A stretch of DNA of 63,284 nucleotides, counting the filler, from Octopus bimaculoides (lineage: Eukaryota), in assembly GCF_001194135.2 (NCBI RefSeq). It is 4 parts of 3 records of this genome, joined end to end, with 100 filler letters (N's around TTAATTAATTAA, not from the genome) between each part and the next. Parts side by side here need not be neighbours in the genome. Positions count along the whole stretch, not along the records: positions 1 to 31,853 come from NC_068984.1; 3 more parts are not named here. The stretch is one strand, 5' to 3'. Position 1 is the stretch's first letter; every line of letters begins with the position of its first letter. The notes under the pieces are model-generated. The model had not been told where the DNA came from, searched no databases, and was given only the letters and a program-made list of their open reading frames with translations. Shown piece by piece: positions 1 through 12,619 of this stretch. The translations under genes were made by a program, and so were the position numbers.

Positions 1-1191
1 ATATTCATGTAAATATGTATGTATATAAAAGTTCAATTAAAGGTTAAAACCTCATTAAGGGATAATATGATCCAATGAATATACTGGTTTATTACCTATT
101 ACCAGAAGTGTTGAATATTACATCTGATATTCAAATGTAAAGTAATTTGATAAACCACGGTTTATATATTTTTTGAAGAAAATAAGAAAATAGAGATAAT
201 TATATTAATAATTATTTATTAATTACAAAATTGGACATCATCTATGACAGCTGTTTCTATTCAAGGACTTAGAAATTAATTAGTATAATTAAAAACATTT
301 TAAAGTCGAATCTCATCTGAGGTGGAAAAAGATATGACCTTACATTTTCATATTATTGTGTGTTGAGTGTGGGGAGCAAAACCACTAACTGATAAATGTT
401 TTGTACAAAGAACATGGTATAAGCTTTACAAAAGGTGGTAGTATATTTATCGAAGTTATTACAAAAATGAAAGCAAAAATAAAGAATAAGATATGGTAGT
501 AAAACATATACATCTCTAAAGTATAATTAATTATCAAATGAAAGCAATTGTGAATGTGGTTATAAAAATATAGGTAGTAATATATTATGGGTAGTTAGTA
601 ATATTATTAAGTAAGCAGTATGTTAATTAATGTTGCAGTGAACCAATAAATAATTATGAATAGAAAAATTAGGGAGAATATATAGGAAAAATAGTTTGTN
701 NNNNNNNNNNNNNNNNNNNNNNNNNNNNNNNNNNNNNNNNNNNNNNNNNNNNNNNNNNNNNNNNNNNNNNNNNNNNNNNNNNNNNNNNNNNNNNNNNNNN
801 NNNNNNNNNNNNNNNNNNNNNNNNNNNNNNNNNNNNNNNNNNNNNNNNNNNNNNNNNNNNNNNNNNNNNNNNNNNNNNNNNNNNNNNNNNNNNNNNNNNN
901 NNNNNNNNNNNNNNNNNNNNNNNNNNNNNNNNNNNNNNNNNNNNNNNNNNNNNNNNNNNNNNNNNNNNNNNNNNNNNNNNNNNNNNNNNNNNNNNNNNNN
1001 NNNNNNNNNNNNNNNNNNNNNNNNNNNNNNNNNNNNNNNNNNNNNNNNNNNNNNNNNNNNNNNNNNNNNNNNNNNNNNNNNNNNNNNNNNNNNNNNNNNN
1101 NNNNNNNNNNNNNNNNNNNNNNNNNNNNNNNNNNNNNNNNNNNNNNNNNNNNNNNNNNNNNNNNNNNNNNNNNNNNNNNNNNNNNNNNNNN

Positions 1192-1230
<39 letters not shown>

Positions 1231-1734
1231 TAAATAAATGAATAAATATCTGTATGTATATGTATATATGTATGTATAGAGTGTTTGAAGTGGTGTACAA
1301 ATATTGTGTACTGAGAAAAAAAAAGAAGCAGTCAGAATCTTGGATAATTCCTTATCAACACTTCCGTCCGTTTATCGAACTTGTCAAGACAAAATCGATA
1401 TATAAGAATATTCACAAACACGTATATTCTAATAAGAATATGCATAAAGATGAGCTAATATGAATGCAATGAAGTACAAGGAAACCACTGGACTAAATAC
1501 GCATATCAACATTCGTACATGTAGGATCGATGTACGAATATTGCCCCTCCCCTAAAATCGCCGAACCTGTGCCAAAATTTGAAACGGACATTCGTACATA
1601 TTTGTGTATATTCTTTTAGTTTTCAGTCTTTTGAGAACTAGACTCAACACCACATTTTTAGTATGCTCTTGTTCTTTCTTAAGGATAAAATATGTATGTC
1701 CGAACATGTTATTTGCTATTTCTTCCATCAGGTC

Positions 1735-2027
1735 TTACTCTTTACTCTTTTACTTGTTTCAGTTATTTGACTGTGGTCATGCTGGAGCACCGCCTTTAGT
1801 TGAGAAAATCGACCCCAGGACTTATTCTTTGTAAGCCTAGTACTTATTCTATCGGTCTTTTTTGCCGATCCGCTATGCTACGGGAATGTAAACACACCAG
1901 CATCGGTTGTCAAGCGATGTTAGGGGGGGGGGACAAACACAGACACACAAACACACACACACACACACACACACANNNNNNNNNNNNNNNNNNNNNNNNN
2001 NGGGGGGGGGGGACAAACACAGACACA

Positions 2028-2073
<46 letters not shown>

Positions 2074-2253
2074 CACATATACAGATATACGACGGGCTTC
2101 TTTCAGTTTCCATCTACCAAATCCACTCACAAAGCTTTGGTCAGCCCGAGGCTATAATAGAAGACACTTGCCCAAGGTGCCACGCAGTGGAGCTGAACCC
2201 GGAACCATGTGGTTGGTAAGCAAGGTACTTACCACACAGCCACTCCTGCGCCT
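1735..2253 (-). mobile_element. SINE family A (tRNA-like head + CORE-like segment + internal microsatellite + 3' module), full length
   Basis: Reverse complement of head aggcgcaggagtggctgtgtggtaag...ggttccgggttcagctcc (A/B-box-like) and gcaccttgggcaagtgtc (CORE-like), then (CA)n, then the 3' module ending ggcggtgctccagcatg...ctgaaacaagtaaaag. Matches other copies in the window. The link to the octopus OR1/OR2 SINEs is recalled, not verified. Confidence 0.9.
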
Positions 2254-2412
2254 ATATTTTTGCTTTTGTATTTTCATTTTGCTGGGGCACAAGACTATAC
2301 ACAAATATGTACGTATATCAGTTTGGCACAGGTTCAGCAAATTTAGGGGAGGGATAAGTCGGTTACATCGATCCTAGATGTACGAATATTAAGATACGTA
2401 TATAGTGATATG

Positions 2413-2730
2413 TGGAGGCGCAATGGCCCAGTGGTTAGGGCAGTGGACTCGCGGTCGGAGGATCGCGGTTTCGATTCCCAGACCGGGTGTTGTGCGTGTT
2501 TATTGAGCACAATCACCTAAAGCTCCACGAAGCTCCAGCAGGGGGTGGTGGCCACCCCTGTTGTACTCTTTCGCCCCAACTTTCTCTCACTCTTTCTTCC
2601 TGTTTCTTGAGTAACGCTACGATGGCCTGCCGTCCCGTTCAGCTGAGGGGAACACATACGCCATAGAAACCGGGAAACCGGGCCCATGAACCTGGATAAG
2701 CTTTAAAAGGGCGAAGAAGAAGAAGATTTA
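2413..2730 (+). mobile_element. SINE family C, tail type 1
   Basis: Head ggaggcgcaatggcccagtggttaggg...ggtttcgattcc (A box TGGCCCAGTGG, B box GGTTTCGATTCC), shared with 23566 and 27523. Ends gaaaccgggaaaccgggcccatga...(gaa)n. Confidence 0.88.
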
Positions 2731-3121
2731 ATCCTATAGCCTGCAGCTATTTCATAGCGTTCATATTAGCTCACAGTATTTCAGTTATACTTTGGAGTTT
2801 TGAGCACTCTGTATCTAAAACATATCCATGGATCGAACCAAGTATTCCCGTACACATACACTAATACACTCACACATACATACAGCTATGTGTATGATTT
2901 TATGTTAACATATTATTTCTATCAACGTTTGAATACACATATATTATATGATTTATTTACTTTGGTTTCACTCTAGCATGCCTTAAATATAGCGAAGCAT
3001 ACTTGAAATTATAGCAAGCTGTAAAAACTACACTGTTTCTGGTGAACAACATTTTGACGTTTTATTGCTTGATCTTATTATGGAGTTTGTAAACAAAGAA
3101 CATATCTTCCCTGTGGGATAG

Positions 3122-3245
3122 CTAATGTGTAATCTCAACATATGTTACTCGTAAAAGGAAAACGGGTGAAAGTACATTTACATACATACGTACATGCATG
3201 CACACATACGTACATACATGCATGCCTACATATATACATGCATAT

Positions 3246-3276
<31 letters not shown>

Positions 3277-3482
3277 CATGTATAGGTACGTTATGCATAT
3301 ATGCATTATGTGTGTTATATGGAGATATCTGTCGATATGTACACACATACACACATGCGTATGCATCCATGGATATCCCTATATAGCACACAAAATACAA
3401 ATATGCAAATATATATATCTGTATATATATTCAAATTATATATATGCATACACACACAGAAATTTATATCTGTATATAATCA

Positions 3483-3552
<70 letters not shown>

Positions 3553-3745
3553 ATGTGTATATATATATATTATGTACATATATGTATAGAAATACATATA
3601 TATGTGTGCGTATAAATTTTGCTCATATATACAGACACAAACATACATATATACATATGTATATATANNNNNNNNNNNNNNNNNNNNNNNNNNNNNNNNN
3701 NNNNNNNNNNNNNNNNNNNNNNNNNNNNNNNNNNNNNNNNNNNNN

Positions 3746-3778
<33 letters not shown>

Positions 3779-3800
3779 GTATATATGTATGCATTTATAT
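3122..3800. repeat. Compound (TA)/(CA)/(TACA) microsatellite tract with gap
   Basis: Directly visible; source of the HT/CV/IY pseudo-ORFs. Confidence 0.95.
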
Positions 3801-5040
3801 ATGTATATCTGTGTTTTTATTGAGGGAAAGGATAAAGAGAACGCCAGGATTAAAATAATTATTATTGTATTTTTATAGCGTTTATTAAGGCTATATTGAG
3901 ATTGTAATAAATCTTCAATATTCTATGTGCAGAAAACTAATGTCAGTTTACCCAACTTGTCTTCCCACCGCTCATCATCATTCTGACTGAGCTTCATCCC
4001 TGGATCAGTGTAAGCCAATGATAGCAACCTGGCATATGGAGTGTTGCTATGCGTTCTCAGTCCTCCGCTATCTTAAGACGTTTAGTCATGTTGACCTTGT
4101 TGGAGGGGAACGGTAATACGGTGGCCTACGAGAAGGGTTTGAATTGCATTTTCAAGAGTGCTTTCAGAAAATGAATCCCAACGCCACGAAGAAACATTAA
4201 TGGCTACGTTTTCTAAGATAATCTATTTAAAAACGCTGTCATTCGATCTAATAATAAAAATTACCTTACCATCTGGGCCCAAACCCAAACAATTTATTTA
4301 TTGTCAGATGATGATTTCACCACATGTACACAGTAAATTCAAAGATCATTATTCTCAACTACTAAAAAAAAAAAAAAGAAAAAACGGGAGCCAATTGTGT
4401 TTTTATTCATAATAAGAGAGCAAGCTTTACTAAGACTTATTATAGGAGGAAAATAAATGGGAAACGCTGGAGAGGGAGTTCGACAAAAAATCGTTTGATA
4501 ATATCAAGGAGTGGACTGTTAAGGTGAATAAGTAAAAATGACCGAGAAAAATATCCGAACAGAAATCCTTGATATCCAATCTGTTGAGAGCAGATGACAC
4601 CTAATAATGATGATACATAATTCTAGGTATAACTATCTATTTCTGTGTTTGATTCGTTGTAGTTAGACCCTTGCTGTGTACAGTGTTAAGCTAGTTCAAA
4701 CAGTCTCTTACGTAGTAACATGACACATCTTGGTTTGATACATCAACGATACTAGCAAGAAGACTGAATATGTCACCCGATTGAAGACCACAGTTTGACA
4801 CCACGGGTGTCTTTACGCAGTCAGTCTAGGTCTTCAATTTGAAGATACCTTCGTTCTTCCTACCTGGCAACAGTCTCAAGCCCCTACAAAGGGCATCACC
4901 TTAGCTCTTCACTAAAAGTTAAAACATATCTATGCTTTCTAAGATGGTGATTAGGGGCAAATTCATTTGCCATTCCTAGCTTTTCAAGCAACAACGTATA
5001 TGGTCTATATCTGTCTCATTATTAACAGAGCAAGATTAAA

Positions 5041-5230
5041 GCGGCGAGCGGGCAGAGATGTTATCACGCTGGGCAAGATGCTTCGCGGCATTCGTCCGCC
5101 TTTACGTTCTGAGATCAAATTCCGCCGAGGTCCTTTCGGGATCGATAAATTAATTACCAGTTGCGTATTGGGGTCGATCTAATCGACTGTCTCCCTCCGC
5201 CAAAATGTTGGGCCTTAGTGTAAAAAAGAT
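5041..5230 (+). mobile_element. SINE family B (Meta/MESC-like central domain), internally deleted
   Basis: gcggcgagcgggcagag...ttctgagatcaaattccgccgaggtc..tttcgggatcgataaattaattaccag...gggcctt. Lacks the gactttgcctttcat segment seen in 35157-35367. Confidence 0.85.
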
Positions 5231-6024
5231 AAGAGAGTGAGAAGAATATTATAGAAATTGTTACTTTACACTGTTTCTTATATCACACAACAGCCAAGAT
5301 GTCTTCCATCTTCATATTTTACAGTTTCCCATACACTCTTACAACATCCGGTACACATATTGCACAAAATGTTTCTCTTATATTTCTCGTGCTTCCTTTT
5401 TTGCTCTTTTTCGTTTCCTTAAGATTGGAACACTTCTGGTTATGTGACTTAATTTTCTGTAATCATTTATCTATTATTGTTCTTTGAAAAACATTTTTAT
5501 AATCCAAAATGTAGCCGAATTATAATCATCTTATCTTTTTATAATTCGTGTCTAACTTACTCCTCATGATTATAGTTCAATGTTGGTTTTACAAAATTTT
5601 TTTAGCTTGTATTCTTTAATTCTTTATCTTCTGCTATTATCTTCTGGTTTCAGTCATTTGACTTTGTCCGTGATGGCGCACGACCTACAAGAATTCTAGT
5701 CGGTTAAATTGACTCGAGTGTATGTTTCAGTTTGGTACTTCTTTTATCGATTTCTAACTGTCAAAACGCTAGCCTACGGGAGATAAAGGAACTAAAGATA
5801 AATAGTTGTTGGATGAGTGTAGACATAAATACAGACAGTCGCATACGTACAAGCACATATCCATCCAAACTTACACATGCACACAGACACTCACAAACAT
5901 ATATGCACAAATACATACACACGATATATATATATATATATATCGTGNNNNNNNNNNNNNNNNNNNNNNNNNNNNNNNNNNNNNNNNNNNNNNNNNNNNN
6001 NNNNNNNNNNNNNNNNNNNNNNNN

Positions 6025-6077
<53 letters not shown>

Positions 6078-6324
6078 CTATATATATGTATCAATACATG
6101 TGTGTATATGTGTGTATGTATACACAGATATTTCAAAAGTAAAAAGATAACTCTAATTACATTGTTTCATTAGTATGACGCCCGAATGGGTTAAACCATT
6201 AAAAAACTGCACAAGGCATGTCTACTAAATCCTAGATTAAGTATTATTTAAATGCCGCAAATGACATTATTTTATTTTCTAGAAAGAAATCTTTCAAAAA
6301 TGATAGTGTCTGTTTACTTTTGAG

Positions 6325-6355
<31 letters not shown>

Positions 6356-6499
6356 TGTATGTATGTATGTATGTATGTATGTATGTATGCATGTATGAAT
6401 GTATCTATCTATCTATCTATCTATCTATTTATCTATCTATCTACCTATCGATCTATCTATCTTTTTATCTACCTATCTAATGACCCACGTACCTACCTA

Positions 6500-6690
6500 G
6501 AGAATGAGTACTATGCTACAAAATTTAGGAGGTTATAGTCGAGTAAATATACACTTGTACTCTCCTGGTACTCGTTTCATAAATATCAGAAAAATGAAAG
6601 GCAAAATCCTTTTCGCCAGGAAGTGAACTCACAACGCAAAAGCACATAAATAAATATTATAAAGCGTCTTGTTGGGCTCTGTAATGCTTC
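6500..6690 (-). mobile_element. Older, decayed SINE B copy lacking its first ~14 nt
   Basis: Reverse complement reads agaagcattacag...gcgttgtgagttcacttcctggcgaaaaggattttgcctttcat...gagtaccag and aligns loosely to SINE B. Confidence 0.6.
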
Positions 6691-6922
6691 TTATTTCTTT
6701 ACTGCCCAGAAGGGGCTACACACAGAGGGGACAAACAAGGACTGACAAACGGATTAAGTCGATTACACCGACCCCAGTGCGTAACTGGTACTTATTCAAT
6801 TGACTCCGAAAGGATGAAAGGCAAAGTGGACCTCGGTGGAATTTGAACTCAGAACGTAAAGACAGACGAAATACCGCTAAGCATTTCGCCCGGCGTGCTA
6901 ACATTTCTGCCAGCTCGTCGCC
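6691..6922 (-). mobile_element. SINE B, full length, alternative (T-type) tail
   Basis: Head ggcgacgagctggcagaaatgttagcacgccgggcgaaatgcttagcggtatttcg and central gcctttcatcctttcgg. Tail aatccgtttgtcagtccttgtttgtcccctctgtgtgtagccccttctgggcagtaaagaaata. Confidence 0.9.
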
Positions 6923-7059
6923 TCTTTAATGCTTCTGCCAACCCTCCACCCTTATATATGTCTGTATATTGAAAACATTCTTTGCTTCACTTTACTTTTA
7001 TAACTCTTCACCGTTTACGACAGTTATTCTCTTTGCATACATTACTAATTTGCCACCAC

Positions 7060-7560
7060 ATACTTCCTTTGATATTCAGCCACTCACCTTCTGTTTACCC
7101 TCATCAGGTATCCTCATGGATCGTTGTGTCGTCCTTATACATTCGTTGTATTTTAGATCTGTCCAATATTTGATATTAATCGTCCGGTCTTTAGCTTTTC
7201 CCCCTTTCTCTGTTGCCCTTAATTTTACCCTTTTTAAACGGTCTGTGCAGTGAATTTCTTTTCTAATTAATTATCCAAAATATTTTAGTTTCCTTTCTTT
7301 GAAGGTCTCCATTAACATGTTCTCATTTTTTACCATTTATCATTAGTTTTAGGTTGTCTCCATGTTATTCTCAAAACTCTTCGATCTGCTTTCATCTCAA
7401 AGGCTTGTAATCTCTTTGATAATACTTTTTAATATCCATTTTAAATCCACTAAAGCGAGTGAAACTTGCTCAACACTTTAATAATATTTTTCTATTTTAG
7501 ATTTCAATGTTAGTTAATATTTTCAACTCTTTTTTTTTCAAAGACACTCTCGCTGTATCA
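7060..7560 (-). pseudogene. RTE-clade LINE ORF2 C-terminal remnant
   Basis: Minus-strand frameshifted translation gives LQAFEMKADRRVLRITWRQPKTND, FKERKLKYFG and KGKIKGNRERG, typical of RTE RT C-termini (AFEM.C.RR.LRI.W; RKL.YFGH; GK..G.R.RG). Confidence 0.75.
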
Positions 7561-8468
7561 TTGCTTCTTTTGATTCTTACTCAATTTCTTTCTTTTCTGA
7601 CTTACAAAACAGCCATTTCACTTGGTAATTCACCTTGAACTTCCATGCTTCTTCTACCTGTTTTTTCCACCGCGTATTCTTCAAATCGAAATTTTCAATG
7701 CTACGAAATTTTAAAATATTTTGCCTGACGGATAATTTTGCTCGAAACGTCCGGCTTTCTTAGGAATGTACGAAAATTTGCCAAGTTTATTTACTTAGGG
7801 ACTTTTGCAGGCAGGGACCATCATTAGTTTTTGAGGATTGTGGTTTATAACCGAGTTGCCGATATAAATTCACAACTTCATTCTTTTTATGTAAACCACA
7901 AAAAAATCTCCACACATTATCATAAAAGCAATGAATATTATCTTGCTGACGAGTNNNNNNNNNNNNNNNNNNNNNNNNNNNNNNNNNNNNNNNNNNNNNN
8001 NNNNNNNNNNNNNNNNNNNNNNNNNNNNNNNNNNNNNNNNNTATATATATATATATATATATATATGTTTTGTAAACAACTTACACATGCAAGTGCTACC
8101 AGTCGAAAGCTCCACTTAGGGGAAGCCAGTAAGTATATGGGGTCATCAGAAGAGAATGCCTCGCGTCGGCCCATATCACTGACATGAGACCCTGTTTGCT
8201 AGGTCAACTGGTTAACAAATATAGTTCAATGTTCTTCTAGCCATCGCTCATCATCTCTTTTTAGCCAAATCCAGTGGTTAGCCTTTTCTACTGTAATTTT
8301 GATATCAGGCATGGTGGTATTTATTTTACGATGAGTTAGGCCTAACGATAACAACAGTCGCCTCACACATATACACATATTTATATACGCATACATATAT
8401 GTGCACATAAATATGTGCGTGGAATATTATATATATATATACATACATACTTACATACATTCATAGAT

Positions 8469-8533
<65 letters not shown>

Positions 8534-8619
8534 CAATCATACATACGTATATATATTGACGTAAAATATTTCAATGCACTGAATCATCAACATATTATTT
8601 CTAGCAGAACTTTCACTGT

Positions 8620-9970
8620 CTCAGACATAGCAGCAATAAATGAAGCGAATCACTACCTGCAGTTGACCGTCGCCTTCACTCTAACTAACCTCTGGAAAAA
8701 TTCTTTAGACATGCTGTATATCGAAACACTTCTTATCCAAATCTGTCAGTCCAGTTTTCAAAAAAAGGAAACAAGTCTCTTGCTGTTAACTATCGCCCAA
8801 TCTCACTTACCTCGCACATCATCGAATTGTTTGAAAGCTTGGAGAGATCAAGGATAACTGGCTTCCTGAAGAGTGACAGTCTCCCAAATTCCAACCAGCA
8901 AGGCTTCGGTTGCGGCAGAGACTGCCTGACACAACTTTTACATCGCATCAATGATGTCCTCAAAGGTTTGGGATCAAGTCTGAAATCTAATGTTATATAT
9001 CTTAACTCCAGCAACGCCTTAGGCAAAGCTGATCATAACATTCTCCTGTTAAATTATACAGTATTTGAATCTGAGGTAAACTACTTGTGAACAGAACCCA
9101 ACAAGTTCTGATAGATCGAATCTACTCAATTCCTGCAAATATCAATACTGTTTTGAGCCTATTTCACTTTATAGTCGATATAAAAAACATCTCAAATGTC
9201 AACAAGTATAACAAAATAAAATTATTCACCGATATCAATGGAGAAGACGACGGAACTAAACTCCATTCTGATCTACATGCTCAGAGTCAAAAGGGCGGAC
9301 AAAAACAACATGCTGTATTTAACTTTGGAAAAGAGACTGCCCCCAAACAATCATATTCCTTTTCTTCAAAACTACTCTTGATATCAAATAATATAGAATA
9401 ATATAGAAATAATATCAAATAATATAGAAATCATATAGAAATAATTGTTGGATCACCAAAATTTTCTGTTCCAGAGAGCCAGATGTCATTATTCATCTCC
9501 CCGCTTCTTTGTACGGCTACAACTAGAACACTGCTGCCTCCTGTTATCTTTCCATACGAAACAAAAACATTACGAGATCTGAGGTACCCTATAGAGCAAT
9601 CTGTATAAAAATTAAAGGCTTGACTGAGCATCATTATTGAGACCGCCTTAAAAGGTTGAATCATTATTCTCTCCGACGACGCCGTGAACGGTGTCCCATT
9701 TGCATAACGTGGAAAATATAGCACCAGCATTGTTCAGAAGACACTGACAACAAATTCAGAATTCCTCCAAGGCCCACAACACATAAATACACTGTTACAC
9801 AGTTACTTTTTCTCAACGAGCTCTGTTCTACTTTACATTATCTCAGAACAAACAAGGAAAAGAGCACATCACATTCAAGAGATATCTGGACAGATTTCTT
9901 CAAGAGATATCAGATAAGCCACTTTAGCGGGGTACATCTCAGTCAACAACAACTCATAACTTAGATAATC
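8620..9970 (+). pseudogene. CR1-like LINE reverse transcriptase remnant
   Basis: QQGFGCGRDCLTQLLHRINDVLKGLGSSLKSNVIYLNSSNALGKADHNILL resembles the RT motif QHGFR.GRSC.TQLL...D.IYLDF.KAFDKV.H..LL. Many stops and frameshifts. Confidence 0.8.
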
Positions 9971-10089
9971 CATGGCATCACATAACTTAAAAGACAACTT
10001 AGCAGGTTGTCAGGAAGTGTTATTAAGTTAGACACGTACGCCGGGTTTATCGGAAGAAGGCAGTTCACGGTGAAATTTCAAATTTAATT

Positions 10090-10147
<58 letters not shown>

Positions 10148-10180
10148 ATCTATCTATCTTTCTATCTATCTATCTATCTT

Positions 10181-10214
<34 letters not shown>

Positions 10215-10215
10215 A

Positions 10216-10258
<43 letters not shown>

Positions 10259-10378
10259 CATCCATCCATCCATCCATCCATCCATCCATCCATCCATCTA
10301 TCTATCTATCTATCTTTCTATCTATCTATCTATCTATCCATCTATCTATCCATCTATCCATCCATCCATCTATCTATC
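10090..10378. repeat. (TCTA)n/(TCCA)n tetranucleotide array running into a gap
   Basis: Directly visible. Confidence 0.97.
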
Positions 10379-12019
10379 NNNNNNNNNNNNNNNNNNNNNN
10401 NNNNNNNNNNNNNNNNNNNNNNNNNNNNNNNNNNNNNNNNNNNNNNNNNNNNNNNNNNNNNNNNNNNNNNNNNNNNNNNNNNNNNNNNNNNNNNNNNNNN
10501 NNNNNNNNNNNNNNNNNNNNNNNNNNNNNNNNNNNNNNNNNNNNNNNNNNNNNNNNNNNNNNNNNNNNNNNNNNNNNNNNNNNNNNNNNNNNNNNNNNNN
10601 NNNNNNNNNNNNNNNNNNNNNNNNNNNNNNNNNNNNNNNNNNNNNNNNNNNNNNNNNNNNNNNNNNNNNNNNNNNNNNNNNNNNNNNNNNNNNNNNNNNN
10701 NNNNNNNNNNNNNNNNNNNNNNNNNNNNNNNNNNNNNNNNNNNNNNNNNNNNNNNNNNNNNNNNNNNNNNNNNNNNNNNNNNNNNNNNNNNNNNNNNNNN
10801 NNNNNNNNNNNNNNNNNNNNNNNNNNNNNNNNNNNNNNNNNNNNNNNNNNNNNNNNNNNNNNNNNNNNNNNNNNNNNNNNNNNNNNNNNNNNNNNNNNNN
10901 NNNNNNNNNNNNNNNNNNNNNNNNNNNNNNNNNNNNNNNNNNNNNNNNNNNNNNNNNNNNNNNNNNNNNNNNNNNNNNNNNNNNNNNNNNNNNNNNNNNN
11001 NNTAGAAATATAAGACAAATTCAGGAGACGTACGAATATTAGTGAAGCCATTATTTAAAACATCCATCTTATCGTGGGGCCGAAAAAAAAACCATCCTGA
11101 GTAATAACAGTGTTTAGGCTCAGGTTTTTTTTACAAGCCCTTGTCAGTGCGAAATATTTCAACGTTGATGATGGATGTCGTTTAACAGAAAATCACTTGA
11201 TTGTGACCTTTTGGTAAATACATAAAATAAATATCTTAAATTTATGAGAAAGTAAATAAATTCATCGCTAGACAAACATTAAGTAGACAGACAATCGTAA
11301 ATCATCTTATTTGTACAAAATGAGCTTTGTAATATATAATCATCTGAAAATCTTTTCTTGTTTACTCTAAGACTTAAGGCAAACACTTTGGTAAAGTTTT
11401 TGCGATAAATATTTCTAATTCTATTTTAATGGTGTCATTTGGAGAGACAGAATTAATCTCTCTTCATCCATCGAATCTTCGAACCGGTTTCAAATCTTGA
11501 TTGTAACTTGTTTAATTCACGTAAATAATGATCTTGTTGAAACTTGAATGTAATAACTCGAAAGAAACCTTTATGTTTTGCAACCACGTGGTTCCGTTGT
11601 ATGTTTGTTGTGTGTGTATGTGTGTGTGTGTGTGTGTGTGTATGTGTGTGCGTGCGTGTGTCATTTTCTGCATTTTCTCCCTACATCGCTTGCTAACCGA
11701 TGTAGGCTTCTGTACGTCTCTGTGACTTAGTGATCTGACAAGAAGATGACGATATAATAGGTACCAGTCTTGAAAAACAAACAAAAAAGAATACTTGGAT
11801 CAATTTGTTCGACCAAAACACTTCAAGGCGGTGCCCTAATATGGCTGCAGTTAAAGAAAACGTTAAAGGTGCCCTAACATTGCGCTAAAAAATAAATCGT
11901 TAAAAGTGGGGGAGAATGTGTTGACTATAGGTTCTGATTATTTGGATAAAGTAGGGAAAGCACAAAGGGTCTTTTTCTCTAACCATGGTCATTGTAAATC
12001 TAATAATTTCCTTGAGGAA

Positions 12020-12254
12020 ATTTTAGTCGAATGAATCGACCCACAACTTATTTTTTAAAGGCTGGAACTTATTCTAATGGCACATTCTTTTGCTGGACCG
12101 CTAAGTTACGGGGACGTAATTAACACCGACACTGGTTGTCAAGCAGTGGTCGGGGACAAACACACACGCAGACACAAGCACAAACGTATACATACATCAG
12201 ACACGCACACGCACGCGCGCAAACACACACGCACACGCACACGCACACGCACGC

Positions 12255-12285
<31 letters not shown>

Positions 12286-12449
12286 TACGACTGGCTTCTT
12301 TCAGTTTCCGGCCAACAAATCCATTCACAAGGTTTTGTTCGGCCTGTCGCTACAGTAGAAAGTATTGCCCAAGGTGTCCCGCAGTTGGACTGAACCCAGA
12401 ACCATGTGGTTGGGAAGCAAGCTTCTTACCTCACATCCACGCTTGCGCT
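12020..12449 (-). mobile_element. SINE A, near full length with internal (CA)/(CACG) microsatellite
   Basis: Both SINE A modules flank the microsatellite at about 12170-12286. Confidence 0.85.
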
Positions 12450-12619
12450 TACAGTTGCAAATTATTATTGAAACTATTTTTGTTTTCCATTCCCATATTT
12501 AGTTCATTTCTATTTCCAGCTTTTTACATTTACGTGCTTTGTTTCCTTTATATCTGTTTCATCTAGAGACACATTATCGTCTATTGCAACTGATATTTCA
12601 ACCGAAGTACACATTATTT

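Noticed and set aside
2413-2490. tRNA gene
   Set aside because: A and B boxes are present but there is no closing acceptor stem and the sequence continues into a SINE body. All tRNA-like heads in the window are treated the same way.
4485-4535. FDKKSFDNIKEW, resembling a Rab GTPase exon or an RT motif
   Set aside because: No polypyrimidine acceptor, an in-frame stop soon after, and no neighbouring exons; too short to call.
5270-5460. Cys cluster (NMCTGCCKSVW) like a piggyBac C-terminus, with cccgaatgggTTAA at about 6181
   Set aside because: No DDD-domain remnant or matching second TIR found.
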